From contig JAUNHX010000005.1 of assembly GCA_030523765.1 (NCBI GenBank), positions 5,566 to 69,565 on the forward strand: a stretch of 64,000 nt of DNA, in the 5' to 3' direction. Below the pieces are notes generated by a model, which did no database searches, was not told where the DNA came from, and saw only the letters and a list, made by a program, of their open reading frames with translations. Source of the stretch: Bacteroidales bacterium (GTDB lineage: Bacteria > Bacteroidota > Bacteroidia > Bacteroidales > P3). This document shows, in pieces, positions 19,247-28,930 of the stretch; the first letter of the stretch is position 1, and every line of letters starts with the position of its first letter. The position numbers and the translations under genes were made by a program.

Positions 19247-20101
19247 ATGGCAAAATATAAAGAATATAAAGACCAATTCGTCATTGCTCACATCGTTGAT
19301 CTTGATAACCCTGAGGCGGTAACTACTTATGCTGCTCATCTGAGTCGTATGCTAGGCAAGGGGGTTATTCTGCTTCATATCTCCGATCCCGCTTTTTCTA
19401 CTCCCTCGCCTGATGAGGCGCAGCAGCGTTTGCAAGAAATCAAAGAACGTATGGTGGAGCAAGAACAACTGAAGGATGTCAATTATGCTGCATTGAAAGG
19501 TGACACCAAGATGATTGTTGATGCTCTCCCTACGTTGCTCAATGGTGTTGTGGCGGTAGCAAAGGTGGTTGATGGAGCCCCTAAATCATCGCTACTCAAT
19601 GCTAAGACGCTGCTTAGAACTTATGCTACGTGCAAGATAGCCTTCCTCACCGTCCAAGAGCCTTTGCCTTACGGCAAAGTGATCAAAGAGGTGGCTCTCA
19701 CTATAGATTATAAGAAGGAAAGCAAAGAGAAGATGTTGTGGAGTACCTATTTCGCTCGATTCAATCATAGCGTTATTCATCCTCTGTATTATCACTATAA
19801 TGACGAAGGACTTCACTATAAGTGGTATGCCAACATGAAGTTTATGAAGAAACTCTTTGATGGACTCAGCATCACTTTCGTGCCTAATGAGATTGCTGGC
19901 AAGAAAAGTTTCGTTGATCTCCCTGCTCTCGATTTTGCTAACCAGCAAGGTTATGAACTCCTCATTGCTGTTACCACCAACGAAAAAGATGTAGCTGAAT
20001 GGTTCATTGGTACACAAGAACAACGAACTATCCTCAACGAATACCACATCCCTATCCTCTTTGTCAACCCCCGCGAAGACATCTATGTCCTCTGCGACTA
20101 G
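19247..20101 (+). CDS. Hypothetical protein, 284 aa (possibly a tandem universal-stress-protein-like fold)
   Basis: ATG-initiated ORF with no competing frame. It has two halves, each ending in a hydrophobic strand (KIAFLTV, IPILFVN), as in USP domains. The family call is weak. Confidence 0.35.
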   Translation: MAKYKEYKDQFVIAHIVDLDNPEAVTTYAAHLSRMLGKGVILLHISDPAFSTPSPDEAQQRLQEIKERMVEQEQLKDVNYAALKGDTKMIVDALPTLLNGVVAVAKVVDGAPKSSLLNAKTLLRTYATCKIAFLTVQEPLPYGKVIKEVALTIDYKKESKEKMLWSTYFARFNHSVIHPLYYHYNDEGLHYKWYANMKFMKKLFDGLSITFVPNEIAGKKSFVDLPALDFANQQGYELLIAVTTNEKDVAEWFIGTQEQRTILNEYHIPILFVNPREDIYVLCD

Positions 20102-20152
20102 AACATATAACCCTATCAACTTATCATCATCTAAACGTATCAACGTCAACTA

Positions 20153-23131
20153 ATGCAGATTCTAACAACACCTCAATATCTAGTAGCTTATGCTACTGAT
20201 GCTAGCGCCTATAGGGAGATACCCCAAGGCGTTTGTTTCCCCCAAACGGTGGAGGATATTCAAGAGCTGATGCTCGTAGCAGCTCAACGTCACACTTGTG
20301 TTATTCCAAGAGCTGGCGGCACTTCGCTAGCTGGGCAGGTTGTCGGTGGTGGTATAGTAGCTGATATCAGTCGCTATTGGGATAAAGTTATCGAGGTCAA
20401 TGCTGACGAGCGGTGGGCTATCGTTCAACCAGGAGTGGTGCGCGACGAGTTGAACTTACTATTACGTCCGCTAGGTCTTTTTTTTAGTCCTGAAACCTCT
20501 ACGAGTAACCGATGCTGTATAGGTGGCATGCTAGGTAACAACTCGTGTGGCACTCATTCGTTGGTGTATGGTTCCACTCGCCGTCACGTATTGGCTTGTA
20601 CTTGTGTTTTGGCTGATGGCACTGTTGAGCATTTTGAAGATTATACGTTGCAGCAACTCGAAGAACGCTTTGGTCCCCGCTTTTGGCAACGTGAAGGAAC
20701 GAGTCTTATTGAGTGCATATATAGTCAGTTGATTCGATTCCATAATGACGAGGATGTCCGCCAACTGATAGAAGATAACTATCCTGACAAATCGTTGCGA
20801 CGTCGTAGCTGCGGTTACGCTATCGATGAGGCTATCGAAGATCTTCCTCAGCGTATCAATCTCTGCAAGTTGCTAGCAGGCAGCGAGGGAACCCTCGCTT
20901 TCGCTGTTGAGATTAAGATCTCGCTTGATCCTTTGCCTTCGCCCAACAATATGGTGGTATGTGCCCATTGCGACACGCTTGAGAAATCGTTTCTAGCCAA
21001 TTTGGTGGCACTCAAGCACCATCCTGTGGCAGTCGAGCTGATGGATGGCACTATCCTCGAGCTTGCCAAGACCAATCCCGCCCAGCTGAAGAATCGCTTT
21101 TTTGTAGAGGGCGATCCTGCAGCTCTGATTATCGCAGAGTTCAATGGAGATGATATAGAAAGCAATGCTGCTGCCCTCGAGGCCGACTTGCAGCAGCAAG
21201 GATTGGCTTATACCTGTACCCGTGTTTATGGCAGCGATGTGGCGCGCGTATGGGCATTGCGTAAAGCTGGCATGGGTGTGTTGAGTGGAATGAAAGGCGA
21301 TGCTAAACCGCTCAGTGTTATAGAAGATACAGCAGTGGCTCCCGAGCGACTGCCTGACTATATGGCCGATTTCCGCGCTATGATGAAACGGATAGGGCTT
21401 GACTGTGTGTATTACGGACATATCAGTACTGGTGAACTGCATTTGCGTCCCATTCTGAATATCAAGACAACGGAAGGTAAAGCCAAGTTTCGCGAGGTGG
21501 CATATGAGAGTGCTCTACTAGTGCGCAAACATAGGGGTAGCCTTAGTGGTGAACATGGTGATGGACGATTGCGTGGTGAGTTTATTCCCATACAATATGG
21601 AGAGGAGTGCTACCAATTAATGCGCCAGGTAAAACAGTGCTGGGATCCGCAAGGGGTGATGAATATCAACAAGATTGTGGATGCTCCTCCGATGGACGAG
21701 TCGCTTCGCTTCGAGGTAGGTCAGCCTTATCTCCTCGAATCGTTGGTGGGTGGTGATAAAAAAGATACTATCTTCAATTGGCGTGCTGCCTTCGATGAGT
21801 GCAAGGTGGAAGGAGCTAGCGGGGTTCGTTCGCAGGTTCATGCCCTCATGTGCTCTATCGAACAGTGTAATGGTGCGGGCGACTGTCGCAAGTCGAATCT
21901 CATGGGAGGTACTCTCTGTCCAGCCTACAAGGTGAGTCAGCGTGATGAACTGATGACTACTAGGGGACGAGCCAATATTCTACGTGAAGCGCTCACACGA
22001 GGTATCGATGGACGTTGTCTCGATGCTCCTGAGTTGGAGGAGGCTCTGTATTCGTGTTTAGCATGTAAGGGCTGTAAGGGAGAGTGTCCATCCAATGTTG
22101 ACATGACCCGTATACGTGCTGAGGTTTTGCAACAAATATATAAACAACATGGCACCCCTCTCCGCACTTGGATGGTGGCTCGTATGGCTGCTTTCGAGCG
22201 GTTGGGTTCGTATGTTGCCCCAATCTATAATTTCTTTGCTACAAACAAGTTTACCTCGAAGATTATTAAACAGATAGTCCGTTTCTCGGTCGATCGCGAT
22301 ATCCCTTCCCTGAGTCGTCGCACCATGCGGCAGTTGGTGGCTGCTGAGCAGCGCAACCATCCTGTTAAAGGAGGCCGCAAGGTTTATCTCTTTGCCGATG
22401 AATTTACCAACTATCAGGAGGCCGAGTTGGGTCAGACTTTTGCTCGATTGTTGATGGTTTTGGGTTATGAGGTTGTGGTACCCCGTCATGTGGAGAGTGG
22501 CCGCGCCGCTATCTCCAAAGGTTGTTTGGAGTTGGCTCAGCGGTTTGCTGTCAAGAATGTGCGTCTGCTTTCAGAATTGGTTAATGACGAGGTTCCTATG
22601 GTAGGTATCGAACCTAGTTGTATATTGTCGTTTCGCGATGAGTATCCCGATTTAGTGCCTGCCCCCATGCGTGCAACAGCGCAGGCTTTGGGTCGTAACT
22701 GTCTCTTATTCGATGAGTTCTTGATGCGGGAAGTACAGCAAGGCCATATTTCTGCCCATCAGTTTACTCCCCTTCACTGCGACATATGGCTTCATGGTCA
22801 TTGTCATCAGAAGTCGATTGTTGGTACCGACAAGACGGCTGCTATGCTGCGTCTCATCGAAGGGGCTACGGTTCATGTGCTTCCTACCAGTTGTTGTGGT
22901 ATGGCTGGTAGTTTTGGCTATGAGAAAGAGCACTATCAAACCTCGTTGGCTATTGGGGAGATGATGCTCTTCCCAGCTGTTCGTCAGGCTATGGAGCACA
23001 ATAACAATGAGCAACCTACTTTTATCGCTGCCCCAGGTACCTCTTGTCGTCAGCAGATCCTTGATGGTACCGGTCATTACGCGCTCCATCCTATTGAACT
23101 GCTTTACCGTCAGGTAATTAAAGATAAATAA
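20153..23131 (+). CDS. FAD-binding oxidase fused to Fe-S/CCG oxidoreductase domains (YdiJ-like D-2-hydroxyacid dehydrogenase family)
   Basis: 992 aa. FAD_binding_4 motif PRAGGTSLAGQ. Ferredoxin-type clusters CNGAGDCRK and CLACKGCKGECP. C-terminal Cys-rich CCG-type repeats (PSCILSF.., TSCCGMAGSFGY). Length and domain order resemble E. coli YdiJ. Confidence 0.75.
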   Translation: MQILTTPQYLVAYATDASAYREIPQGVCFPQTVEDIQELMLVAAQRHTCVIPRAGGTSLAGQVVGGGIVADISRYWDKVIEVNADERWAIVQPGVVRDELNLLLRPLGLFFSPETSTSNRCCIGGMLGNNSCGTHSLVYGSTRRHVLACTCVLADGTVEHFEDYTLQQLEERFGPRFWQREGTSLIECIYSQLIRFHNDEDVRQLIEDNYPDKSLRRRSCGYAIDEAIEDLPQRINLCKLLAGSEGTLAFAVEIKISLDPLPSPNNMVVCAHCDTLEKSFLANLVALKHHPVAVELMDGTILELAKTNPAQLKNRFFVEGDPAALIIAEFNGDDIESNAAALEADLQQQGLAYTCTRVYGSDVARVWALRKAGMGVLSGMKGDAKPLSVIEDTAVAPERLPDYMADFRAMMKRIGLDCVYYGHISTGELHLRPILNIKTTEGKAKFREVAYESALLVRKHRGSLSGEHGDGRLRGEFIPIQYGEECYQLMRQVKQCWDPQGVMNINKIVDAPPMDESLRFEVGQPYLLESLVGGDKKDTIFNWRAAFDECKVEGASGVRSQVHALMCSIEQCNGAGDCRKSNLMGGTLCPAYKVSQRDELMTTRGRANILREALTRGIDGRCLDAPELEEALYSCLACKGCKGECPSNVDMTRIRAEVLQQIYKQHGTPLRTWMVARMAAFERLGSYVAPIYNFFATNKFTSKIIKQIVRFSVDRDIPSLSRRTMRQLVAAEQRNHPVKGGRKVYLFADEFTNYQEAELGQTFARLLMVLGYEVVVPRHVESGRAAISKGCLELAQRFAVKNVRLLSELVNDEVPMVGIEPSCILSFRDEYPDLVPAPMRATAQALGRNCLLFDEFLMREVQQGHISAHQFTPLHCDIWLHGHCHQKSIVGTDKTAAMLRLIEGATVHVLPTSCCGMAGSFGYEKEHYQTSLAIGEMMLFPAVRQAMEHNNNEQPTFIAAPGTSCRQQILDGTGHYALHPIELLYRQVIKDK

Positions 23132-23394
23132 AAAAAGGAGAATACTAGAGTCGAATGGATAGAGTTCGACGAGGTGTAGATCAATTATATTCAGTTTTGT
23201 GACATAGGGCTCAGTTCAAGAAGAGTGTACAGATAAGGATTATCGACTTTTTTGGGAAGATCCTTATTGTGTTCATAACGTTATCAGTGTCAATTGTGCT
23301 GAATGCTTCTTTCTTGATGATGAGAGAACCCTCTTCCCTTTGTGAAGTGTTAAAAAAGGAGGAGGGTCTGATTATTGCTATCGTTCTGATTAGA

Positions 23395-23901
23395 TTATAC
23401 TTTCTTGTTTATTTTTGTCTGTCGGCTCAATGCTTCATTAAGCATGTGGTCACGCCAAAAAGTGGGGGTAATGTCAACTAATGTTCCCTCTACATTCTTA
23501 TACATCCGTTGGTTGGTATGTGGATCTTTTAATCCCCCACGTTCGGAACAGTAGGGACCCAATTTGATATATTGAAACAAGGAGGGTTCAGAGGGCAATA
23601 GTTCGCGTCCTGAGTACCAAGCTACTTTCAGTTTTGAGAACTGATGGATGGTGCGAGCTGCTTCTACTACCGCATCGGGATCATTGTCGCCCCCCATCAA
23701 ACAGCAACAGGTAATATAGCCACTGTACTGTGAAAGGAGTGATCGTAGTGCCGCTTTATCCAACACTTTTCCCTCGTTGTGCCACAAGTGAGGACTATGG
23801 CATCCAGGACAGTGGTTGGGACAATTGGTAAGACTGATAGCAAGGGTTACCTCGTCGGGTATCTCTTGAAAGACAACATCGTAGGTGCTATATTTCAACA
23901 T
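23395..23901 (-). CDS. nrdG: Anaerobic ribonucleoside-triphosphate reductase activating protein (radical SAM)
   Basis: 168 aa with CPNHCPGCHSP (CxxxCxxC), immediately downstream of nrdD. Confidence 0.85.
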   Translation of the reverse strand: MLKYSTYDVVFQEIPDEVTLAISLTNCPNHCPGCHSPHLWHNEGKVLDKAALRSLLSQYSGYITCCCLMGGDNDPDAVVEAARTIHQFSKLKVAWYSGRELLPSEPSLFQYIKLGPYCSERGGLKDPHTNQRMYKNVEGTLVDITPTFWRDHMLNEALSRQTKINKKV

Positions 23902-23932
23902 AGTAGGGGAGTATGGGAAACAGTCTTATAGT

Positions 23933-26053
23933 CTATTTTTCGCTCTCACCCTTAGGGTGCTCGTTGTTGGGGCTGTAGAAACGGCGGGCAGCCTCTTCTT
24001 GACGCGGTTCGGAGAAATTAGATACCCTTTTCAAGTAGCCTATAATACGTGTCATATAGTCTATATTGTGGCTATGACATACGGGGCATTCCTTTAGATA
24101 GCGCTTATCGATATGTCCACAATCGTTACAGATAGTGTTGGGGATATTGAAGGTGAAGTAGTTGCATCCCTCTTGTGCAGCCACCCGCATCAGGTGTTTG
24201 TATTGCTGTTTCGACAAGTGTTCCTCAAGATTGAGGTGGAGTGCCGATCCACCTGTAAGATGCTCAATATATTTGTGTCCGTGCAGTTTTATCTTCTCAA
24301 TGATATCAGTGTTGGGATCTTCTACTACGTAGAAATAACTATTGTAGCAGTCGCGTGGCACTTGATACCCATCTTCGCGATCCCACTTAGCATGTTTTAC
24401 ACCCACATTCTCTGCTGGGATCATCTCGCAGTTGAACATCAGTTCTTTGGAGTGGTATTTCTTATTATAGCGTTCAATCAGTCCTAACACATCTTGAACA
24501 AACGAGGCATAGGTGGGATTGTCGTTGATGGTGATGCCCAAAAATTCGGCTGCCTCTACTAATCCGTTGACTCCAATGGTGAGGTATTGTCGACTCATAT
24601 TGATAAACCCAGCATCGAAGAGGGGCAACATCCCTTTGCTTTGCAGTTGTTTTAGATTCTCGTTGTAGGCCATCTGTACTTTGTGGCAAAGATCAACAAT
24701 CTCCTCTAGAAACACTAGATAGTGCATATTGTTGCGGGCTGCATATTGTACACAGCGGTTGATATTGATGGTGAGTACGCTCTTGGATCCTGTCGAAACA
24801 CCACCAGCACCGAGGGTATAACTGAATCCGTTGTCTTGTATTTCATTACGCAGACGACAGCACGACGAGAGCGAATCGGCGTTGTCGCTGATGTAAGTGA
24901 AGAACGAGTGGCCTTCGGCATACATCTCGGCAGCATAATCGCCCCACTCTTTGTCTTTCATATCTCCATTTTCGGTTAGCAGCGCCATCGTCTCGACTGG
25001 GAAGGTAAGTACACAGCGCTTACGTTCGGCATTAAACCATTGCATGAACCGTTTTTGCAACCACGATAGCGAATCCCAGCAAGGTTTGCTTCCATCGGGG
25101 AAACGAAATTCGCCAAAGAGCGATTCGAAGTAGTAGCGGTCATAGTAGGAGATATTCCAAAAAACTGACTGGAAATTGCGGGCACCAGCAGGCTGGTTGA
25201 TCGAGTATACAATCTGCTCGAAACTATCGGTGATTACTTTATCAAGGGTACGTTGCTTTACGGAGAGGTCTACCACACGATCGGTGTGCATATAATAGTC
25301 TTCGCCATATTCTTTCCCAATAAAATAGTTCATATACATCAGAAACTCGGGTGTAGCACAGGCACCGCTTAGCATTGACGATACCATGAAGACCATATTT
25401 ACAAAGCCACCACAAAATGAGCGCAGGTTGGTAGGACAGGTGCTGTTTCCTCCGATGGGGATAGTGCCCTCGAGCAGCCAGGGATACATTGTTATCGAGG
25501 CGCAATAGTTGGCCATCGAGGTTTCATCGTTTTTATAGATAAAATGCTGGGTAAGATAGCGTATATATTGGTCGGCCAGTTCTTTGCCGAACATCTCTTT
25601 CACTCGGTCGGTAAGCAGTCGTCGGTTTAGGCGGATAAAACTCTGCTTAGGTAGTTCACCTATAAGGGTGGCAATGTTTTTTTTCTCTACATTGGCGTTG
25701 GCATCGTATTTCGATCCTGTAGTTGCGTTAGATGCATCGCAATAATTGGTTAGGAACGATAGTTTTTCTCGTATCTCTCGATCTTCCGTATGCTGTTGGC
25801 GATACAGTATATAGTTCTTAGCCACAGTGAAGTAACGCTCGGCCATGAGGGCTGTTTCCACTTGGTTCTGAATCTCCTCTACTGTCATGCCATCAGTAAC
25901 ACGCACGCGACTCAGTATGGCCGTTAAATCATCGTTGGTGGCATAAAAACCTGAGGCCAAGAAGGCTTTACTGATGGCAATCTTAATTTTCTCGACGGCA
26001 AATACCTCTTCTTTACCGTCACGCTTGGTGATAAACAGTCCGTTATCGCTCAT
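23933..26053 (-). CDS. nrdD: Anaerobic ribonucleoside-triphosphate reductase (class III)
   Basis: I chose the start at 26053 (MSDNGLFITKRDGKEE, ATP-cone). The ORF-track start 26101 adds 16 T-rich codons that overlap a leader hairpin and T-run. C-terminal zinc site CNDCGH..CPVCHS and glycyl-radical motif TRIIGYL. Confidence 0.9.
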   Translation of the reverse strand: MSDNGLFITKRDGKEEVFAVEKIKIAISKAFLASGFYATNDDLTAILSRVRVTDGMTVEEIQNQVETALMAERYFTVAKNYILYRQQHTEDREIREKLSFLTNYCDASNATTGSKYDANANVEKKNIATLIGELPKQSFIRLNRRLLTDRVKEMFGKELADQYIRYLTQHFIYKNDETSMANYCASITMYPWLLEGTIPIGGNSTCPTNLRSFCGGFVNMVFMVSSMLSGACATPEFLMYMNYFIGKEYGEDYYMHTDRVVDLSVKQRTLDKVITDSFEQIVYSINQPAGARNFQSVFWNISYYDRYYFESLFGEFRFPDGSKPCWDSLSWLQKRFMQWFNAERKRCVLTFPVETMALLTENGDMKDKEWGDYAAEMYAEGHSFFTYISDNADSLSSCCRLRNEIQDNGFSYTLGAGGVSTGSKSVLTININRCVQYAARNNMHYLVFLEEIVDLCHKVQMAYNENLKQLQSKGMLPLFDAGFINMSRQYLTIGVNGLVEAAEFLGITINDNPTYASFVQDVLGLIERYNKKYHSKELMFNCEMIPAENVGVKHAKWDREDGYQVPRDCYNSYFYVVEDPNTDIIEKIKLHGHKYIEHLTGGSALHLNLEEHLSKQQYKHLMRVAAQEGCNYFTFNIPNTICNDCGHIDKRYLKECPVCHSHNIDYMTRIIGYLKRVSNFSEPRQEEAARRFYSPNNEHPKGESEK

Positions 26054-26119
26054 AGTTCTTTCTCCTATTAATAATGTAAATAAAAAAATAAAGTCGGACA
26101 TGCCTCTTGTCCCCGAAAG

Positions 26120-26320
26120 ACGTTGTCCTCATATTTTGTTAAGGCAGGTCTTCTGACTTGTTCTGGGGCGGGCCGCCTTCCCAACCGAGGAGGGTTAGTG
26201 GCTGAGCGTTTAGTTTTTTTTCGGAGTATCGCCCACCCTTTGTTAAGAACTTACAGCTACGGGCATAGTCTATGATTCTCACATAGTTCCCTATTAATCG
26301 CGCGGACTAGTTTGCGAACC
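26120..26320 (-). promoter_or_regulatory. Cobalamin (B12) riboswitch in the nrdDG leader
   Basis: The minus-strand RNA contains AAUAGGGAAC, GUGAGAAUC, GCCCGUAGCUGUAAG, GCCACU...GGGAAGGC and the B12 box AGUCAGAAGACCUGCC (forward 26143-26158). These appear in the canonical order. A short hairpin plus U-run follows (about 26080-26112). Confidence 0.85.
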
Positions 26321-26330
26321 TTAACAGTTG

Positions 26331-26338
26331 CAAAGTTA
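26331..26338 (-). promoter_or_regulatory. -7 box TAACTTTG driving the riboswitch-nrdDG transcript
   Basis: The minus strand reads tgTAACTTTGcaactg, just upstream of the riboswitch. Confidence 0.6.
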
Positions 26339-26525
26339 CATCAAAAAATACTTGTCAGCATAGCTCTTAGAATCCTTTTTTCAACATTTTTTTCAACAAT
26401 TGTCCTCAACATAATTATAATTAGTCGGTTGCATGTTCAAAAAAAAATTATCATCGACACACAATATTTAATGTAATGACTCGTTATGTAATTAAAAATA
26501 TAGTTTAAGAAAAATAATAATAGTT

Positions 26526-26933
26526 ATGAAACGAAACGAAATTAAGGAACTCACTAGAGCTGAAGAGCAGGTAATGCAAGCTATATGGAACGTGCAGCAA
26601 GGTTTTGCCAACGAGATTGTTACGGCAGTCAATGAGAGGAACGATCCTAAGGATAGTACAGCGGTAGCCTACAATACTGTGTTGACGGTGGTACGTATCT
26701 TAGAGCAGAAAGGATTTGTTGCGCACGAAACTTTTAATCGTGCCAATCGTTATTATCCGATTGTGTCGCGCGAAGAGTATATGGAACAGATGTTGGGACG
26801 AATGACTCGCAGTTGGTTTGGCTCTTCGTCCCGCGCATTGGTTTCCTTCTTGGTGGATCGCAATGAGGTAACGTTGCAAGATCTAGAGACCCTAACCAAT
26901 GAGATTGAGCAGAAGCAGATTAATAATAAATAG
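26526..26933 (+). CDS. BlaI/MecI/CopY-family transcriptional repressor
   Basis: 135 aa with a winged-helix N-terminus (LTRAEEQVMQAIW...TVLTVVRILEQKGFV). It is followed 30 nt later by an M56 BlaR1-like gene. Confidence 0.8.
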   Translation: MKRNEIKELTRAEEQVMQAIWNVQQGFANEIVTAVNERNDPKDSTAVAYNTVLTVVRILEQKGFVAHETFNRANRYYPIVSREEYMEQMLGRMTRSWFGSSSRALVSFLVDRNEVTLQDLETLTNEIEQKQINNK

Positions 26934-26963
26934 TATTACATTCATTATAAAAAACAGACAATC

Positions 26964-28277
26964 ATGATACGATGGGCTTTTTATTCCACTTTGTCGACAG
27001 CACTTTTCTATCTTCTCTATTTGGTGCTGTTGAAACGCGACAAATGGCTGCAAATCAGCCGTTGGTATCTTATGGTTACACTCACATTCAGTTTGCTGTA
27101 TCCGTTATGGCACCTTCCTCGTCTTTTTGTTTATCAAGAGGCTGAGCCGTTGTCTTTTGTCTCTACAGGTATCCCCTCCATTAGTGTGGTAGAGTCAACT
27201 GCTTCACATACAAATGGTTTGATATGGATCTACTTGGTTGGGGTTGCTATCATGATCTTTGTGTTGCTAGTCCAACAGGGAGGGGTAGGACTATTCTTGC
27301 GAAGACAGACTTATGAACGACGGGGGCTTGTACGGTTGGCTACCCCTCACGATTCAACACCTCCTTTCTCCTTCTTCAACTGGGTGGTGGTAGGCACCGA
27401 AGGACTCACAGCACAGGAACTCGACTGCATCCTTACACACGAACAGTTGCATGTGCGTCAGCATCACTCGTTCGATGTCCTTTATATGCGTATACTGTGC
27501 TCTCTTGCTTGGTTCAACCCATTAGCATGGATGATGATGCGTGGGCTAAGGGAGGTGCATGAATATTTAGCTGATAGTGTTGTTGTACAAAGGTATGGCA
27601 ATAGTAACTATTATAATCTCCTCTATCGTGAGGCTACTGGTATTGGATATGGCCGTATCACAAATAATTTTCTTAGTAACAACATTAAAAACAGAATTAA
27701 AATGATGAAAACACAACGCTCGCGTTTCGGCGCATGGAAAACGATTGCAGCTCTGCCTGTGGCTGTATGGCTGCTACTCGTTGGGTGTCAGCCTGCTGCG
27801 GCTCAATCGCCCGTAACAAAGACGACAACAACGGGGGTAAAGACTGCGCAGAAGGCTTCAACTAAGTCGAATGCCCCTGCGGCTCAGGCTCAACCTACCC
27901 GTCAGTCGCAACCTCAAACAACTCCTACATCTGTTTCTTCTTCATCGAAGGCCGAACAGTCTTCTGTAAAAGCGGGTCCTGATGTGGAACCTCAGTTTCC
28001 AGGAGGTGTGGAGGCAATGAGACAATATATGGTAGATAATCTAAAATATCCCCCAAAGGCAAAGGAGGCAGGCTTACAAGGTCGTGTGTTTGTCCGCTTT
28101 ACCATCGACACCGATGGCTCAATCTATAATGTTGAGGTGATTAGAGGTATCGGTGGTGGATGCGATGAGGAGGCTGTAAGGGTTGTAAAAGCTATGCCGA
28201 AATGGAATCCTGCTATAGATAATGGTAAGCCTGTGGCTGTAAGTTATAATCTCCCTATTGTTTTCCAGCTTCAGTAA
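26964..28277 (+). CDS. M56 (BlaR1-like) membrane metallopeptidase with C-terminal TonB domain
   Basis: N-terminal TM helices, the zinc motif HEQLHVRQHH, a Pro/Thr/Ser/Gln-rich linker, and a TonB_C-type end EPQFPGGVEAMRQYM..AGLQGRVFVRFTIDTDG. Confidence 0.8.
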   Translation: MIRWAFYSTLSTALFYLLYLVLLKRDKWLQISRWYLMVTLTFSLLYPLWHLPRLFVYQEAEPLSFVSTGIPSISVVESTASHTNGLIWIYLVGVAIMIFVLLVQQGGVGLFLRRQTYERRGLVRLATPHDSTPPFSFFNWVVVGTEGLTAQELDCILTHEQLHVRQHHSFDVLYMRILCSLAWFNPLAWMMMRGLREVHEYLADSVVVQRYGNSNYYNLLYREATGIGYGRITNNFLSNNIKNRIKMMKTQRSRFGAWKTIAALPVAVWLLLVGCQPAAAQSPVTKTTTTGVKTAQKASTKSNAPAAQAQPTRQSQPQTTPTSVSSSSKAEQSSVKAGPDVEPQFPGGVEAMRQYMVDNLKYPPKAKEAGLQGRVFVRFTIDTDGSIYNVEVIRGIGGGCDEEAVRVVKAMPKWNPAIDNGKPVAVSYNLPIVFQLQ

Positions 28278-28398
28278 TACCCTATATTGAAAAAGAATGA
28301 CAAACAATAACATTATTCAATTTCCACAAACAACCAAAGCACAACGATTAGGTGGAGGATGCTCCACCTATCATTGTTGCAAAATAAAATTATTAGCT

Positions 28399-28896
28399 AT
28401 GAAAAATGTAAAGAGTTTCTTTATGCTTGTAGTGGTAGCATCGATCTTGTGCGGGTGCTCCCAAAGAGAAAACAATGTCAGCGTTGGGATGGCAGATACA
28501 TCGCTCGAAACTGGTAACGAACATTCGGCTCTCCAACAGTGGGTTGAGGCCTCAAAGGGTAGTCTTTTCAAGGCCGATACGTTGTTTGCTGATATGAGTA
28601 TAGACGAGATTACCAGTGTTTACCAACAGTTGGTCGACAGTATTATCATGATTGATATTGAGTCTCCACAAGTGGAGGATTATTGCAGTGCCTTAGTTAG
28701 GCTGCAAGCTTACCTCTTTATCCCGATCTCTAGTCCAGACCGATTCCAGAAGGAGGATTACGAACGTTTCAATTCCCTATACAAGGAGGAGTACCCTAAA
28801 ACTTTCGATGTTATTAATGCACTGCCAGGTGGTGGCGAAAAATACAGTGATATCATGAACAGTGCTATCGCTCACCGCCAATCAGCATATCGTTAA
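28399..28896 (+). CDS. Hypothetical lipoprotein
   Basis: The start at ATG 28399 gives MKNVKSFFMLVVVASILCGCSQ (lipobox). The ORF-track start 28297 adds 34 residues with no signal features. Confidence 0.55.
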   Translation: MKNVKSFFMLVVVASILCGCSQRENNVSVGMADTSLETGNEHSALQQWVEASKGSLFKADTLFADMSIDEITSVYQQLVDSIIMIDIESPQVEDYCSALVRLQAYLFIPISSPDRFQKEDYERFNSLYKEEYPKTFDVINALPGGGEKYSDIMNSAIAHRQSAYR

Positions 28897-28930
28897 GAGT
28901 GTGATTGTGGTAGAGTGAGGTTCCTTAAAC

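Noticed and set aside
23330-23394. An imperfect inverted repeat (gaaccctcttcc ... ggaggagggtc) downstream of nrdG as a terminator, and the ataaggat/atccttat palindrome at about 23233-23268.
   Set aside because: No U-tract follows either stem on the relevant strand. The loops are long and the stem is mismatched.
26964-28277. The BlaR1-like M56 peptidase fused to a TonB C-terminal domain as a novelty.
   Set aside because: As far as I recall, this fusion and its pairing with a BlaI-like repressor are widespread in Bacteroidota. It is interesting biology but not unusual for the phylum.
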